A stretch of 64,000 nt of DNA from Candidatus Iainarchaeum sp. (GCA_043812975.1 JBDRLP010000027.1:85731-149730); one strand, 5' to 3'. Counted from the first letter of the stretch, positions 25,998 through 36,551 are shown. Numbers and translations are program-made. The notes: generated by a model not told the origin, from the letters alone.

Positions 25998-27416
25998 ATG
26001 TGTTCAATTATCGGAATGTATTCAAAGCAGAAAAAAGACGTTTCTGGTTATTTGCATACTTTAATGGATTCATTAAAGCACAGGGGGCCTGAAGCATTCG
26101 GAATTAAAACTCCAAAAGAAGAATCAAAATCCAAATCATTTAAACAATTAAAACTTCCAAAAAGTTCTGTGGGCCTTGGACATTGTTTGCTTTCCACTAC
26201 TGGTTATGGTATACAACCGCTTTCAAAAGGAAATGTTTCAGTTTCTCATAATGGTCAGATTTACAATTACAAAAAACTTGTAAAGGAAAAAAAATTAGTT
26301 TCTGATTCTGAATCTATTGTTCATTTTTTTGCAAACGAACTAAAAAAAAGTTCTTTTGAAAATGCGTTAAAAAAATTCATGAAAAAAGCAGAAGGAGAAT
26401 ATTCTGTTGGTTTGCTTCACAGAAATTCATTGTATGCTTTCCGAGACCCAATAGGGCTGAAACCATTGTGGTTTGGTTCTAATGATTTTGTTTTTGCTTT
26501 TGCTTCAGAGCCAAGTGCTTTAATGAAAATCGATATTCAGTTTCCACAGCCAGTACTTCCGGGTTATATGTTAAAAATAACAAAAAATGGGTTTGAAACA
26601 AAACCAATTTTTACTATTGAAAACTTCAAAAAAATGATTCCAAAAAAACATTCAACAAAAAACCTAAAATTTGCTTTTGATGAAACAATTGAATTACAAA
26701 CACAAGGGTTGCAGAAAGCAGCGGTCCTTTTTAGCGGAGGCGTTGATTCTTCCTTAATTGCAAAGGCTGTTGCTGAAAAAGTTCCTGATACAAAGCTTTT
26801 TGTTTGCGGAACTAAAAACAGCCAGGATATGGTTGCTGCTAAAGAAGTTGCTAAAGAATTAAGATTGGAATTAGAATCAATTGAACTTTCCGAGGAGAAA
26901 ATAAAAAAACTCATGTTTCGTTCAATGAAAATTATTTCTTTTTTTGATGAAATGCAATTAGGGATTGCTGTTCCCGAACTTGCTTGTGCAAAAGAAATAT
27001 CAAAACAGGGTTATAAAGTTGTTTTTTCAGGCCAAGGAAGTGATGAGATTTTTTGCGGTTATTCCAATTATGCCAGAATCCTCAAGGAAAAAGGGTATAT
27101 TGCGGTTGAGAAAGAAATCTGGTTTTCTCTTTCAAGAATGTGGTCAAGGAATTTTTACAGAGATGATGTAATAATTGCTAGTGAATCCCTTGAATTAAGG
27201 GTTCCGTTAGTTTCAATGCAGTTTTTGAAAGAAGCAATGGCTGTTCCTGCAAAAGAAAAAATCCATTCTGTAAATGACAAACTCAGAAAATGGCCTGTTA
27301 GGGAAATCGCAAAACTTTATGGTATTTCTGATTTTGTTGCTTTAAAACCCAAGAAAGCTTTACAGTACGGTTCTGGTTCTCAAAAAATTGTTTCAAAAAT
27401 ATTAAAAGGGAATTAA
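25998..27416 (+). CDS. asnB: asparagine synthetase B-like glutamine amidotransferase
   Basis: Ntn N-terminal MCSIIG, HRGP, HNGQIYN, RDPIGLKPL, SGGVDS, SGQGSDE. Confidence 0.88.
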   Translation: MCSIIGMYSKQKKDVSGYLHTLMDSLKHRGPEAFGIKTPKEESKSKSFKQLKLPKSSVGLGHCLLSTTGYGIQPLSKGNVSVSHNGQIYNYKKLVKEKKLVSDSESIVHFFANELKKSSFENALKKFMKKAEGEYSVGLLHRNSLYAFRDPIGLKPLWFGSNDFVFAFASEPSALMKIDIQFPQPVLPGYMLKITKNGFETKPIFTIENFKKMIPKKHSTKNLKFAFDETIELQTQGLQKAAVLFSGGVDSSLIAKAVAEKVPDTKLFVCGTKNSQDMVAAKEVAKELRLELESIELSEEKIKKLMFRSMKIISFFDEMQLGIAVPELACAKEISKQGYKVVFSGQGSDEIFCGYSNYARILKEKGYIAVEKEIWFSLSRMWSRNFYRDDVIIASESLELRVPLVSMQFLKEAMAVPAKEKIHSVNDKLRKWPVREIAKLYGISDFVALKPKKALQYGSGSQKIVSKILKGN

Positions 27417-27917
27417 TCAGGATTCTTCAATTATTAATGAAACCCTATCTACTACTTTGCAAGTATCAGGCAGCCCAGGTACTACTTCCCCTTGCTTATA
27501 AAATGCCACTGTTCTTGTTTCTATAATATCGGTTCCATCCAAAGAAACAGAACATTCAAGAACTCCTGTAACAAGAACTTGCCTGATAGCAGGCACAGTA
27601 ATTACCGGGCCTGTCGTAAATATACAGTCAACAGAGGATTTTGAATTAAAATTAGTTATTATTGCTTGTAAATAATTTCTTATGTTATCTGCATTAAACT
27701 GATCACAACTCGGTGCACTTAAATAATCAAAATAATTTTTGGATGTTGCTTTATCAAGAATCCAGATTAAGTTATTTGCTTTTACATTAACCTCCCTTGC
27801 AGCTTCCATTTTTATGAAAGCGTCATTGTTACTTGTAATGTTTAATGATGCGTTTGCAACAAAAATTAGTAATGCGATTGCTCCAACCGCAACCCATGCT
27901 GAAATAAATCCTTTCAT
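27417..27917 (-). CDS. pilin-like protein
   Basis: MKG|FISAW plus hydrophobic stretch; ATGA overlap at 27914-27917. Confidence 0.65.
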   Translation of the reverse strand: MKGFISAWVAVGAIALLIFVANASLNITSNNDAFIKMEAAREVNVKANNLIWILDKATSKNYFDYLSAPSCDQFNADNIRNYLQAIITNFNSKSSVDCIFTTGPVITVPAIRQVLVTGVLECSVSLDGTDIIETRTVAFYKQGEVVPGLPDTCKVVDRVSLIIEES

Positions 27918-28201
27918 GTTGCTCTGCATTCTTTCACCTTGCTTTTAACAGTTGGAGTAGTTCCACTAAACTCAAATAATTCTTTGCAGTTTACTGTTGG
28001 TCCTGCATTTTCATTATTAGATGTGCTGAGAGTTTCATTAGTATAAAAAACAATTAATGCATTATCTGTTGCTTTTGCACTCAACAGAACTTGTGGCGCT
28101 TCTCCGTTTGAAGCAAGATTAGAAATCGCCAATCCTGAAAAAAGAGCTATGATTACAACCATTGCCAGAATTGCATCTGTACTGAATATTACTCCTTTCA
28201 T
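27914..28201 (-). CDS. pilin-like protein
   Basis: MKG|VIFSTDA class III-like signal; ATGA overlap. Confidence 0.72.
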   Translation of the reverse strand: MKGVIFSTDAILAMVVIIALFSGLAISNLASNGEAPQVLLSAKATDNALIVFYTNETLSTSNNENAGPTVNCKELFEFSGTTPTVKSKVKECRAT

Positions 28202-28770
28202 GTCAACCACACCTTTATTGTTAATTCATTTACTGTTGGACTGTAAGGGCAACTACCCATTCCACTAATACAATTATCAAATCCTGCTTTTTCAATATTA
28301 TCTCCGCTTAAAAATTTTCTTTTAATAACCAGAACATTTTCAGTATTTTCCAGAGCGTCAGTTTGGCATGCACTTGTCATTTTTCGCGGCAATGTAGAAG
28401 GATTACTTTCATCAACAAGAGTTACGTAACAACCAATGTTGTCTGGTATCATTAATTCTGCCTTTGTAGTATCTTCAAAAAGATTTAATGGGTCATTTGG
28501 ATTAACACAACCCAATAATTCATAACCCTGATCACTAAACTTTACAGTTCCAGCATTACTTGGATCACAACTATTTTCTCCAATGTAATTGTTTCCTGCA
28601 TTAATTGCTATTGCAGTTAATTCATTTCTCAATCTTGCTTCTTTGATTTCATAAGAGCTTAATTCATAAACATTCAGAAGCATTCCTATTGCTAATACTG
28701 CTAATGTCATTGCTATTAGGAAATCAAGCGAAAATATTTGTCCTTTTGTTTTTTGTTTTTCCATTATCAT
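28198..28770 (-). CDS. pilin-like protein
   Basis: KG|QIFSLDF class III signal; ATGA overlap at 28767-28770. Confidence 0.78.
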   Translation of the reverse strand: MIMEKQKTKGQIFSLDFLIAMTLAVLAIGMLLNVYELSSYEIKEARLRNELTAIAINAGNNYIGENSCDPSNAGTVKFSDQGYELLGCVNPNDPLNLFEDTTKAELMIPDNIGCYVTLVDESNPSTLPRKMTSACQTDALENTENVLVIKRKFLSGDNIEKAGFDNCISGMGSCPYSPTVNELTIKVWLT

Positions 28771-29150
28771 ACCTTCGTAATCGTTATTATATCTCCACAT
28801 TTGATTCCTGGATTTGGAGTAAATGTAACCCCAATTAAATCAAGTCCGGTATAACTGCTTTCTATTCCTGAATCAGGATTCCGAATAGTAATGCTTCCAT
28901 TTGCTGAAGTATCAATTACCACTTCACAATCAATCGGACTTGGAATAGTATACTGCACCTTAACACCATAAGCCTTTACTGCGCCTATTGTGCTGTAAAC
29001 ATCCAGTCGTATCGAATCTAGTGCATTTTGAGTTTCTGATTCCTGGATTGTTGCATTGAATCCTTCCATGTAATTCTGCATTAAAATCAGGAACAAAACC
29101 ATCGCAAATATGGCTAGCAGAAGATCTATACTTAATTGTCCTTTTTTCAT
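28767..29150 (-). CDS. pilin-like protein
   Basis: MKKG|QLSID class III signal. Confidence 0.78.
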   Translation of the reverse strand: MKKGQLSIDLLLAIFAMVLFLILMQNYMEGFNATIQESETQNALDSIRLDVYSTIGAVKAYGVKVQYTIPSPIDCEVVIDTSANGSITIRNPDSGIESSYTGLDLIGVTFTPNPGIKCGDIITITKV

Positions 29151-29197
29151 TGTTATTGAATATACATTCTTTTTATATAAAATTAGCGTCAGACTGT

Positions 29198-29896
29198 TTA
29201 TTCTAAGTAATAATGATTTACTGCGTTTAGATTTTCATCCAGCTCATAAACAAGAGGTTTACCAGTGGGTATTTCAAGAGACGGTATTTCAGCATCACTA
29301 ACATTATCTAAATGCTTCACAAGTGCCCTTAAACTATTCCCATGAGCTGAAATAAGAATTTTCTTTTTTTGTCTTAGTTGAGGAACAATTTCACTTTCCC
29401 AATAAGGAAGAACCCTTTCAATGGTGTCCTTGAGGCTTTCGCCTAAGGGTCTTTGATCATCACTTAATTCAGAATAAATTTCATCATAACTTGGGTTGTT
29501 TTTATCATTTTTTTCAAAAAGAGGAGGTTTTGTGTCAAAGCTTCTTCTCCAGATCTGTACTTGTTTTTCACCATGTTTTTTTCTCATCTCGTCTTTATTC
29601 AATCCAATCAATGCACCGTAGTGTCTTTCATTAAGTCTCCAGCTTTTTTTAATCGGAACATCCAAACCCATTTCTTTCAAACATAAATCTGTTGTTTTTG
29701 TTGCTCTTTTTAAGTAAGAAGTGTAAACAAGGTCAAAAGAATATCCTTTTTCTTTCAATATTTTTCCTGCATTAATACATTCTTGTATTCCTTTTTCAGA
29801 AAGATCAACATCTTTCCACCCGGTAAATCTGTTTTCCAGATTCCACTGGCTCTGTCCGTGTCTTAGTAAAACAAGTTTTATTGTTTTTGTCATCAA
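29198..29896 (-). CDS. gpmA: 2,3-BPG-dependent phosphoglycerate mutase
   Basis: LLRHGQSQWNLENRFTGW, LNERHYGAL, AHGNSLRAL. Confidence 0.95.
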   Translation of the reverse strand: MMTKTIKLVLLRHGQSQWNLENRFTGWKDVDLSEKGIQECINAGKILKEKGYSFDLVYTSYLKRATKTTDLCLKEMGLDVPIKKSWRLNERHYGALIGLNKDEMRKKHGEKQVQIWRRSFDTKPPLFEKNDKNNPSYDEIYSELSDDQRPLGESLKDTIERVLPYWESEIVPQLRQKKKILISAHGNSLRALVKHLDNVSDAEIPSLEIPTGKPLVYELDENLNAVNHYYLE

Positions 29897-30252
29897 ATCA
29901 CATTCAATTGTTCCTGGTTTCCTTTATTATCAAAAGCCTTGATTGTATTTAAATCGTAAGGGTAACTTATGATGATGTGAATTTTTCCGAATTTTCTGAA
30001 TGCATCAACATCTGCTTTTGAAGGCTGATTATAAACTGAAGGATGGCTATGAATAGTTCCGATGATTTTATTATCAAAAGGAATTAAATCAGCTCTGAAG
30101 CTTGAAAAGTTTTTTCCATAAGTAGCCGGAATAATAACCAGTTCTTCAATAAGCAGGTTTGTTCCGCCAAGCATTGAAAAGAATTCATCAGGATAAACAT
30201 TCTTTGCCGCGATTATTATTGATTCAATAACTTCTTTTTTTATTTTGAACAT
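29893..30252 (-). CDS. JAMM/MPN+ metalloprotease
   Basis: E...HSHP....PSKAD motif. Confidence 0.88.
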   Translation of the reverse strand: MFKIKKEVIESIIIAAKNVYPDEFFSMLGGTNLLIEELVIIPATYGKNFSSFRADLIPFDNKIIGTIHSHPSVYNQPSKADVDAFRKFGKIHIIISYPYDLNTIKAFDNKGNQEQLNVI

Positions 30253-30274
30253 AAGTAGATTTCTTTTTTGTTAT

Positions 30275-31444
30275 TTAAAAACTAATTCCAAGATAAAAAA
30301 GCATTGTCGGAACCATGAGAAAAGACATTGCCAAGCCTCTTTTTACTTTGCTTGCCAAACCAAACAAAGACACTCCTGCAGCACTCAAAGTCGCAATTAA
30401 ACCAATTACTCCTGAAAAATAAATTACAATAAAAACCAGAAATACTAATATTCCCTTGCTTATGTTTTGATAGTTAATTTTTGTAATTTTTATTGCTTCT
30501 CCTGCAACAAATTCACTAGTAATCGCAGCCAAACCAACACTAAAAGCAGCCCCTGCAAGTAATATTGGGAAAATTTTTAAATCCGTAGAAATAATGCTGT
30601 TTAATGCTACTGTCATCCCAGTTCTTGTTTTTCCAATAACAAAAAACATTAGTAAACTAAACAATAAATTGGCCGTGTTTATTCCTCCGATTATTGTCAA
30701 GTAACCTCGTTTTCCGATGTTTTTGAAAATTTTTTTTGAAACAAAAGCCGCCTGGCTAGGGCCTACTCCTGGAAATATTGAAATTAATCCTGCGACAAAA
30801 CCAGCTAGTAATGCAGTTTTTGAACTTCCTTGTCCAAAACTCTTTTTTTGTTCTGGAATTTTAGTATCTGAAAAAATTGATTGTAATAAACTCGGTATTG
30901 CAAAAAAACCTATTACTAATACCAAAATAGGATTTTTTATTCCTGAATTAAGAGCAATAATTCCTAATGTGGCTGAAATGAATATTACAATAAGCGCATT
31001 AGGTTTCTTTTTTTCGCTGAGGAATAATAAAAGTAATGTCCCGAATAAGATTGCAGGAATTATTAAAGGTAAAATTTCATTATAATTATTTGTAAAAGAA
31101 AAAAAGAATGGCATTAAAATTAATGATATTATTGAAGCAAATAATCCTCCAAAAATAGTTAGTTGTATTGCTTCAAATCCTTTTCCCTGTAAAAGCATTC
31201 TGTGCCCTGGAAGAATGCTCAGAAAACTTTCTTCTGATGGTGCGCCCAATAAAATTGTCGGGATTGCATCAACAAAAGAATGAGTAATGCTCATGGAAAT
31301 TACAAACAAAGCAAACCCGAGATTTTTTTCCAAGGGTGAATAAATTGTTATTAATGCAATTGTGTTTGCATGCAGTCCAGGAATTAAACCTGTTATTGTT
31401 CCTGCAATAATTCCGATTAATAAAAAACTTATTTCTTCTATCAA
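30275..31444 (-). CDS. TctA/DUF112-family polytopic membrane protein
   Basis: GLIPGLHAN, IPTILLGAP, LPGH, PGVGPSQA. Confidence 0.85.
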   Translation of the reverse strand: MIEEISFLLIGIIAGTITGLIPGLHANTIALITIYSPLEKNLGFALFVISMSITHSFVDAIPTILLGAPSEESFLSILPGHRMLLQGKGFEAIQLTIFGGLFASIISLILMPFFFSFTNNYNEILPLIIPAILFGTLLLLFLSEKKKPNALIVIFISATLGIIALNSGIKNPILVLVIGFFAIPSLLQSIFSDTKIPEQKKSFGQGSSKTALLAGFVAGLISIFPGVGPSQAAFVSKKIFKNIGKRGYLTIIGGINTANLLFSLLMFFVIGKTRTGMTVALNSIISTDLKIFPILLAGAAFSVGLAAITSEFVAGEAIKITKINYQNISKGILVFLVFIVIYFSGVIGLIATLSAAGVSLFGLASKVKRGLAMSFLMVPTMLFYLGISF

Positions 31445-31794
31445 ATTCTCTCAACCTTTTCCACTATTAACTCTAATTCATTTTTGTAAAGGCTGATTTT
31501 TGCTGTGGCTTTCACTGTTTCATTTTCTTTCAGAAGAAGCATTTGCTCAGTTTTTGGTTGAAAATAAACAGATTTTATTCTTCCTTCATTTTCTAAGTAA
31601 AAGAATACATTTCCGTTTCGGATTTTTAGTTCTTTAATAATTCCAATAATTTTTACATTTTCCCCGATATGCTCTTGTTTTATTTCAGTTACTCTTAAAT
31701 TTTTCTCTTCAGGCAAAACCATTGCCAGAACTAGTATTCCTAGTAATGCCAGTCCAAGGCCTATTATTTTAGTTTTATGAAGGTCAAACAGCAT
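31441..31794 (-). CDS. membrane-anchored OB-fold protein
   Basis: N-terminal TM; GENVKIIG...VKATAKISLYKNELELIVEKV OB pattern. Confidence 0.72.
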   Translation of the reverse strand: MLFDLHKTKIIGLGLALLGILVLAMVLPEEKNLRVTEIKQEHIGENVKIIGIIKELKIRNGNVFFYLENEGRIKSVYFQPKTEQMLLLKENETVKATAKISLYKNELELIVEKVERI

Positions 31795-31842
31795 ATTATT
31801 AGTCTAATAGAAAAAGAATAAAAATTCGTTGATTGACGAATA

Positions 31843-32205
31843 TCAGCAGATTAGTGGTAATTCTGAATAATCAAAATTTATAGTAATAATAGGATCAAAT
31901 GCCGCTCTTACTTTAGATTCAATTGCATCTCCGGTTTCACTCAGGGGGCCTGTTGGAGGAGGATATAAACTAGGGATTGTAACTATTGAAACAGTTAATG
32001 TGTCGACATCTTCACAGGTCTGTATTCTTTGAAGGGCATAGCTTTTGTTTGTTTTTTCTATTTCACTTATCACAATCTGCCTTACTGTTGCATCGTTAAA
32101 AATATTATCTTGGTACATCATGAACTTTCCAAGTATTAATGTCGATATTGCAATTATCACTCCGGCAATTATCACTACTTCAATACTCAGCTGACCTTTT
32201 TCCAA
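31843..32205 (-). CDS. pilin-like protein
   Basis: KG|QLSIE class III signal (TTG start). Confidence 0.78.
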   Translation of the reverse strand: MEKGQLSIEVVIIAGVIIAISTLILGKFMMYQDNIFNDATVRQIVISEIEKTNKSYALQRIQTCEDVDTLTVSIVTIPSLYPPPTGPLSETGDAIESKVRAAFDPIITINFDYSELPLIC

Positions 32206-32220
32206 TCATATCGCCTGTTT

Positions 32221-32688
32221 TTATATAAATCTTACATTAATTCCAGAAGGACTAATTCCTGATTCTTTGTCCACAGTAACTATTATCAATCTAGAATTGG
32301 GTTCTGCATCATCGGGAATTGGTTCAAAACAATCAAATTCCGCCCCTACATCTATTGTGTTTGTACAACTTCCTGAAACACAATAGGGTATATTAATTTG
32401 ATTATGAGAAAGTGCAGAGTATGTTGTTTCTAACAAATTTCCTGAACAGTTTATTGTTGCTTCTGCAGGAACAACAATGTTAATTGTTTGTTTTGTTCCT
32501 TCTCCGGATAATGCTACAAATTGTATTGTGTCTGCTAATTTTTCTGCAGAAACTTTAAGCTTGCTCAGATTGGCAACATCTTTTGTTGAATTTGATGCCA
32601 ATTCAGCACTTGGTTGTACAAGAGCTACAATAAACATTATAGCAATGAGTATTGTAAAAAGAAATTCAACCGATGCTTGTCCTTTCAT
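32221..32688 (-). CDS. pilin-like protein
   Basis: MKG|QASVEF class III signal; ATGA overlap with peptidase. Confidence 0.8.
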   Translation of the reverse strand: MKGQASVEFLFTILIAIMFIVALVQPSAELASNSTKDVANLSKLKVSAEKLADTIQFVALSGEGTKQTINIVVPAEATINCSGNLLETTYSALSHNQINIPYCVSGSCTNTIDVGAEFDCFEPIPDDAEPNSRLIIVTVDKESGISPSGINVRFI

Positions 32689-33818
32689 CCCAGTATTAGA
32701 TTCCATAAAAAATCTCCTGTTAATTGAAGTGCGATATATGCGATGAAGATTGCTGGAACAAACGCCATTGTTTTTCTTACTTTAATTTCTTTTGGCGCTA
32801 ATCCTTTTTTTGCTTTTTCTTTAAGCATTGCAACATCTTCTTCGGTAAAGCCTCCTGCTTGTGATGGACCCCCAATTATTTTTCCTTTAATTTGGAAGTC
32901 TTCCAATGAGCTTTCTATTTTATTATTCATTAAGTTCTTTATAACTCTTTTTATTGACGGTCCTTCCACTAATTCAATTTTTTCCTTCTTCTGAACCATA
33001 TAAACATCAGATATCATCCCTTCTTCTAAATCACTAATTTTTATTGTTTCTTTGAAAGCATATTCTCTTGTTTCATTATACAATTTCCAGAACCAGTAAC
33101 CAATTAACAAGGGGAAGAAAACAAAAGCAGCATCCATTATGAATATCTCATAATTCAGAACCAAACCAACAATACCAACACTTATAACAAATAAATATCT
33201 TATTTTTCTTGGCAAAGCAGAGATTATTATTAATGCAGGGAATATCAAAAACTCAGTAACTGCCAATTGTTCAATACTTAATTTCAAACCTGCGATAAGA
33301 ATCCCCAAACCTAAAAGGTTCTTTGATTTATCCTTCATTATTTCAAAAGTTTTTCCTATTATTTCAGGGTGTTTTCTCAAAGCAGTAAAGCTCATTAAAA
33401 TTCCTAATGGGAAAACAGCAAGAGCAGAGTAAAGTATTAAGCTGAAAGAAAAAATCGGGAGTTCTATTGTAGTAAAAGGCCAGTTAGTTAATTGAATAGC
33501 ATTTGCAAGTACTGCATAATTTACTGGATTAACAATTGCTAAAGCGGTTACTAGTTTTACATCTCCTCCGGCCCATACTCCTAATTTCCATAATAAGTAG
33601 GATACTCCGAATGCTATTGCTCCTGCGCCTATTGCAAACAATAATGGTTCTATTGATTCAGCTTTTATACTTTCAATTATTTTAAGCCCCAACCCTGCTC
33701 CTATTAGTGTGTAGGTTAGTTTGTTGTAAACCATCCGTTCCTTAAGGTCTGTATAAGTAGCAATTAGTAGAGCTATGATTGATAAGAAAAAGTAAAGCAG
33801 GATGATCACAAGAATCAT
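32685..33818 (-). CDS. A24 prepilin peptidase (large, EppA-like)
   Basis: TDLKER and WAGGDVKL aspartates, extra TMs, C-terminal FVPAIF. Confidence 0.88.
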   Translation of the reverse strand: MILVIILLYFFLSIIALLIATYTDLKERMVYNKLTYTLIGAGLGLKIIESIKAESIEPLLFAIGAGAIAFGVSYLLWKLGVWAGGDVKLVTALAIVNPVNYAVLANAIQLTNWPFTTIELPIFSFSLILYSALAVFPLGILMSFTALRKHPEIIGKTFEIMKDKSKNLLGLGILIAGLKLSIEQLAVTEFLIFPALIIISALPRKIRYLFVISVGIVGLVLNYEIFIMDAAFVFFPLLIGYWFWKLYNETREYAFKETIKISDLEEGMISDVYMVQKKEKIELVEGPSIKRVIKNLMNNKIESSLEDFQIKGKIIGGPSQAGGFTEEDVAMLKEKAKKGLAPKEIKVRKTMAFVPAIFIAYIALQLTGDFLWNLILG

Positions 33819-33985
33819 CCTGTTAGAGTTTGGATAATATCATTTCTGTTTTGAATTACTTGCATCTGTGCCTTGTCAGCCATTCGATCCATACCAAAAG
33901 CAATTATGGTTACGGCGATTACCAACATCAGTGCAAAGAGCACTGTAAATAAGTATTCCACCGAAACCTGAGCTTTTTCATTCAT
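33815..33985 (-). CDS. 56-aa mini-pilin (not in ORF track)
   Basis: MNEKA|QVSVEYLFTVLFALMLVIAVTIIAFG...QTLTG; ATGA overlap with peptidase. Confidence 0.82.
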   Translation of the reverse strand: MNEKAQVSVEYLFTVLFALMLVIAVTIIAFGMDRMADKAQMQVIQNRNDIIQTLTG

Positions 33986-34000
33986 TAAAAATCACTAGTT

Positions 34001-34267
34001 TTACGACGCTGTTGCAGTACAGTTTGGGTATGTTCCGCCGCATGTATAGGTAATCTGGTCAACTAGTACGGTACCGCCGCAAGCTCTTGGATTAGCCAAA
34101 GCTGCTTGTTGTGTACACAATGATGTAGCTGCTGATAACCCTGTTTGTGTTCCTCCGGTATCTGCAATACTTAACAGCAGTGTGATAACTATGACTGCGA
34201 CCAGTACTGCTCCTCCAATTAAGAGAAGATATTCTAGTGCTCCTTGTCCTTTTTTATCCAAAATCAT
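34001..34267 (-). CDS. class III signal peptide pilin, probable major pilin
   Basis: KKG|QGALEYLLLIGG; strong SD GGAGGT; four Cys. Confidence 0.85.
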   Translation of the reverse strand: MILDKKGQGALEYLLLIGGAVLVAVIVITLLLSIADTGGTQTGLSAATSLCTQQAALANPRACGGTVLVDQITYTCGGTYPNCTATAS

Positions 34268-34296
34268 TACCTCCTTTGCGTTTTATTGAATAAATA

Positions 34297-34461
34297 TTAT
34301 GTGCTTGTGGACTCAATGGCCTCATTAATCCGAGTCCCGCCTTCTTCTACTACATTTTGTTTTATTCCGAGCATTATAAATGTTACAACTAATATTACTG
34401 CTCCAAGTAAAACTAATATTTCTACTGAAGTTTGTCCTTTTTCTTCTTGTAACAATTTCAT
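34297..34461 (-). CDS. 54-aa mini-pilin (not in ORF track)
   Basis: MKLLQEEKG|QTSVEILVLLGAVILVVTFIMLG...STST; ATGA overlap with upstream gene. Confidence 0.82.
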   Translation of the reverse strand: MKLLQEEKGQTSVEILVLLGAVILVVTFIMLGIKQNVVEEGGTRINEAIESTST

Positions 34462-35411
34462 AATGTTCCCACCAATCCCGCGGCAAATAGCTCTGCTGCG
34501 ACATAGGCTGAATAAGCTATAAACAGAAGCACTGGGAAGTATATAATACTTTTCCCCATGTTACCATCTCTCATGATTGCCATCATTAAAGCGGTCGCTA
34601 AAGTTTCTATGAAAATGTAAGCCTGTATTGAAAGATTGATTATGTTAAGCGCTGACTCTGCAGATGCCTGTTCTGCCTGAGATGCTACTGAGGAAGCAGC
34701 GCTAATTAATAGTGTTGAAATTGTTGACACAAACCCGAAAATCATTGGCGCTACGAACCCTCCGGCCACAAACATAAAGATAACCTGCATGACTGTTCTT
34801 GCTTTTCTGTCTTTGTTAATCCTATGAGATTCTCTTACATCTTCGGCTATTTCTTCTAATACACTTGCAAGTCCTGCCCCTGCATAAACAGAATCAATGA
34901 TAATTGTAACTGTTCTCTGAACAAGTCGTGAATCAACATTCTCTGAAAGACTTTTCAATGAGTTTTCAAAGTTTTCTCCTTCCTCAAGTTTTCTTAAAAC
35001 CTCATTCATTTCTTTTTTCAAAGGACCATATTCTGCATTTGCGATTTCCCTTAAAGCATATTCATAAGTCCCTCCTGCCCTTAAAGTATCAGCCATTTGT
35101 CTTAATGCATCAGGAAGAGCTTCTTCTATCTGATCAATTCTTCCTTTTGCTTTTAAGTAAGGGTAACCAATAAGAATGTCAACCAGAACCATGAAAACAA
35201 GAATTCCGAACTGAACGCTTTGTTTTAATCCAAGTATTAGTTCAACAAAAAAGAAAGTTGCTATTCCTGCAACTATTGAAATTATTCCTGCAAGTATTAT
35301 CCATAAGAATGGATCTACTTTGAATTCTGCACTTCGCAAATAACGCGAGTATTTTTGCAGTAAAGGAGAATTCTTTAACAATGGTGTTTTTTCTATGATT
35401 CTTAATGCCAT
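34458..35411 (-). CDS. TadC/T2SS-F pilus platform protein
   Basis: IEEALPDALRQMADTLRAG, YGPL, TM pattern. Confidence 0.88.
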   Translation of the reverse strand: MALRIIEKTPLLKNSPLLQKYSRYLRSAEFKVDPFLWIILAGIISIVAGIATFFFVELILGLKQSVQFGILVFMVLVDILIGYPYLKAKGRIDQIEEALPDALRQMADTLRAGGTYEYALREIANAEYGPLKKEMNEVLRKLEEGENFENSLKSLSENVDSRLVQRTVTIIIDSVYAGAGLASVLEEIAEDVRESHRINKDRKARTVMQVIFMFVAGGFVAPMIFGFVSTISTLLISAASSVASQAEQASAESALNIINLSIQAYIFIETLATALMMAIMRDGNMGKSIIYFPVLLFIAYSAYVAAELFAAGLVGTL

Positions 35412-35415
35412 TTTT

Positions 35416-36549
35416 TCACACTCTCGGTTGGGATATTTTTAGGTAAAATATTAGGAAGCCTAGAACAAGAGGCATTCCAACTAAATACATTAATGCTATT
35501 GCTATTGGTGAAATAGCTACGCTTCCAACTGAAATTGGAGCGTTTGTTACTGATCCTATAATTGCCACAAATACTGGGGCTACTATTGCAATGAAAATAT
35601 ATATTACTCCGAAGAAGTTCATTCTTTCTGCAAAGTCTCTTATTTTTACTCTCATATCAAAACTTACATCTTCTGCTATAGTGTTCATTATTTTTGATAA
35701 GTTTCCTCCGGTTTTTAGTGCTCTTATAATGTGAAATAATGCGCTTCGGAGCGCTTTTGATTGTGTTCTTAATGCAAAGTGCCTTAAAGCATCTTTTGTG
35801 TCAGTTCCTTCTTCAATTTCACTAATAGTTCTTGAAAATTCTTCACTTAAAATTCCATAATCAGAAGTTGCAATTGTTTGTATTGTTTTGTACAAACCAA
35901 TTCCTGCTTTTAGTTCTGTTGACATGTGCCTTAAAGCAAAAGGAAGTTCTATACTTACCGCGTCTCCTCTTTGTTGTGCTTTGCTTTTTGGTATCATCAG
36001 CATTATCAGCATAAAAAAAAGACCAACTACTCCTCCGAATATAACTGAAAAAGTATAAGGGAGTTCGAAAAACCAGCTAGTTGCTGCTATTATTGCAAAA
36101 GTAAACAAACCTACAAGTGCTGCTGAGGCAATTGAAACCGCCAGCCATTGATTTAAGGAATATTTCATGTTTGCTGAGTAAAGATAATATCTAATATCGC
36201 TTGCTAAAGGTAGCCTTTTTATTAAATTAGAAATCGGCTGGAAGGGCAACCTGAATAATAAGTAAAATGACCCTAACTGTTTTATTGCAGGGGATTGGAA
36301 TTCTTGTAAATCTTCAACTTTTTGAATATTAATTTTTGCCTGTTCTCCTTCAGCAATAATACCTCTTAGTTCTCCAAGCTTTCCGCCAACTTGTTCAAAT
36401 TCAACACCCTGTTCCCTGTATTTCTTTTTCATCCGGCCGACAATTTTTTCAACCTGGTTATAATCAACAGTTTCTGGTTTTTTATCAGAATCTTTTTTTT
36501 TCTTGTTTTTTTCTTCAATTGTTTTTTTCAGATTATCAAGGCTTGGCAT
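35416..36549 (-). CDS. TadB/TadC pilus platform protein
   Basis: ELPFALRHMSTELKAGIGL, YGILSEEF, TGGNLS. Confidence 0.88.
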   Translation of the reverse strand: MPSLDNLKKTIEEKNKKKKDSDKKPETVDYNQVEKIVGRMKKKYREQGVEFEQVGGKLGELRGIIAEGEQAKINIQKVEDLQEFQSPAIKQLGSFYLLFRLPFQPISNLIKRLPLASDIRYYLYSANMKYSLNQWLAVSIASAALVGLFTFAIIAATSWFFELPYTFSVIFGGVVGLFFMLIMLMIPKSKAQQRGDAVSIELPFALRHMSTELKAGIGLYKTIQTIATSDYGILSEEFSRTISEIEEGTDTKDALRHFALRTQSKALRSALFHIIRALKTGGNLSKIMNTIAEDVSFDMRVKIRDFAERMNFFGVIYIFIAIVAPVFVAIIGSVTNAPISVGSVAISPIAIALMYLVGMPLVLGFLIFYLKISQPRV

Positions 36550-36551
36550 TT

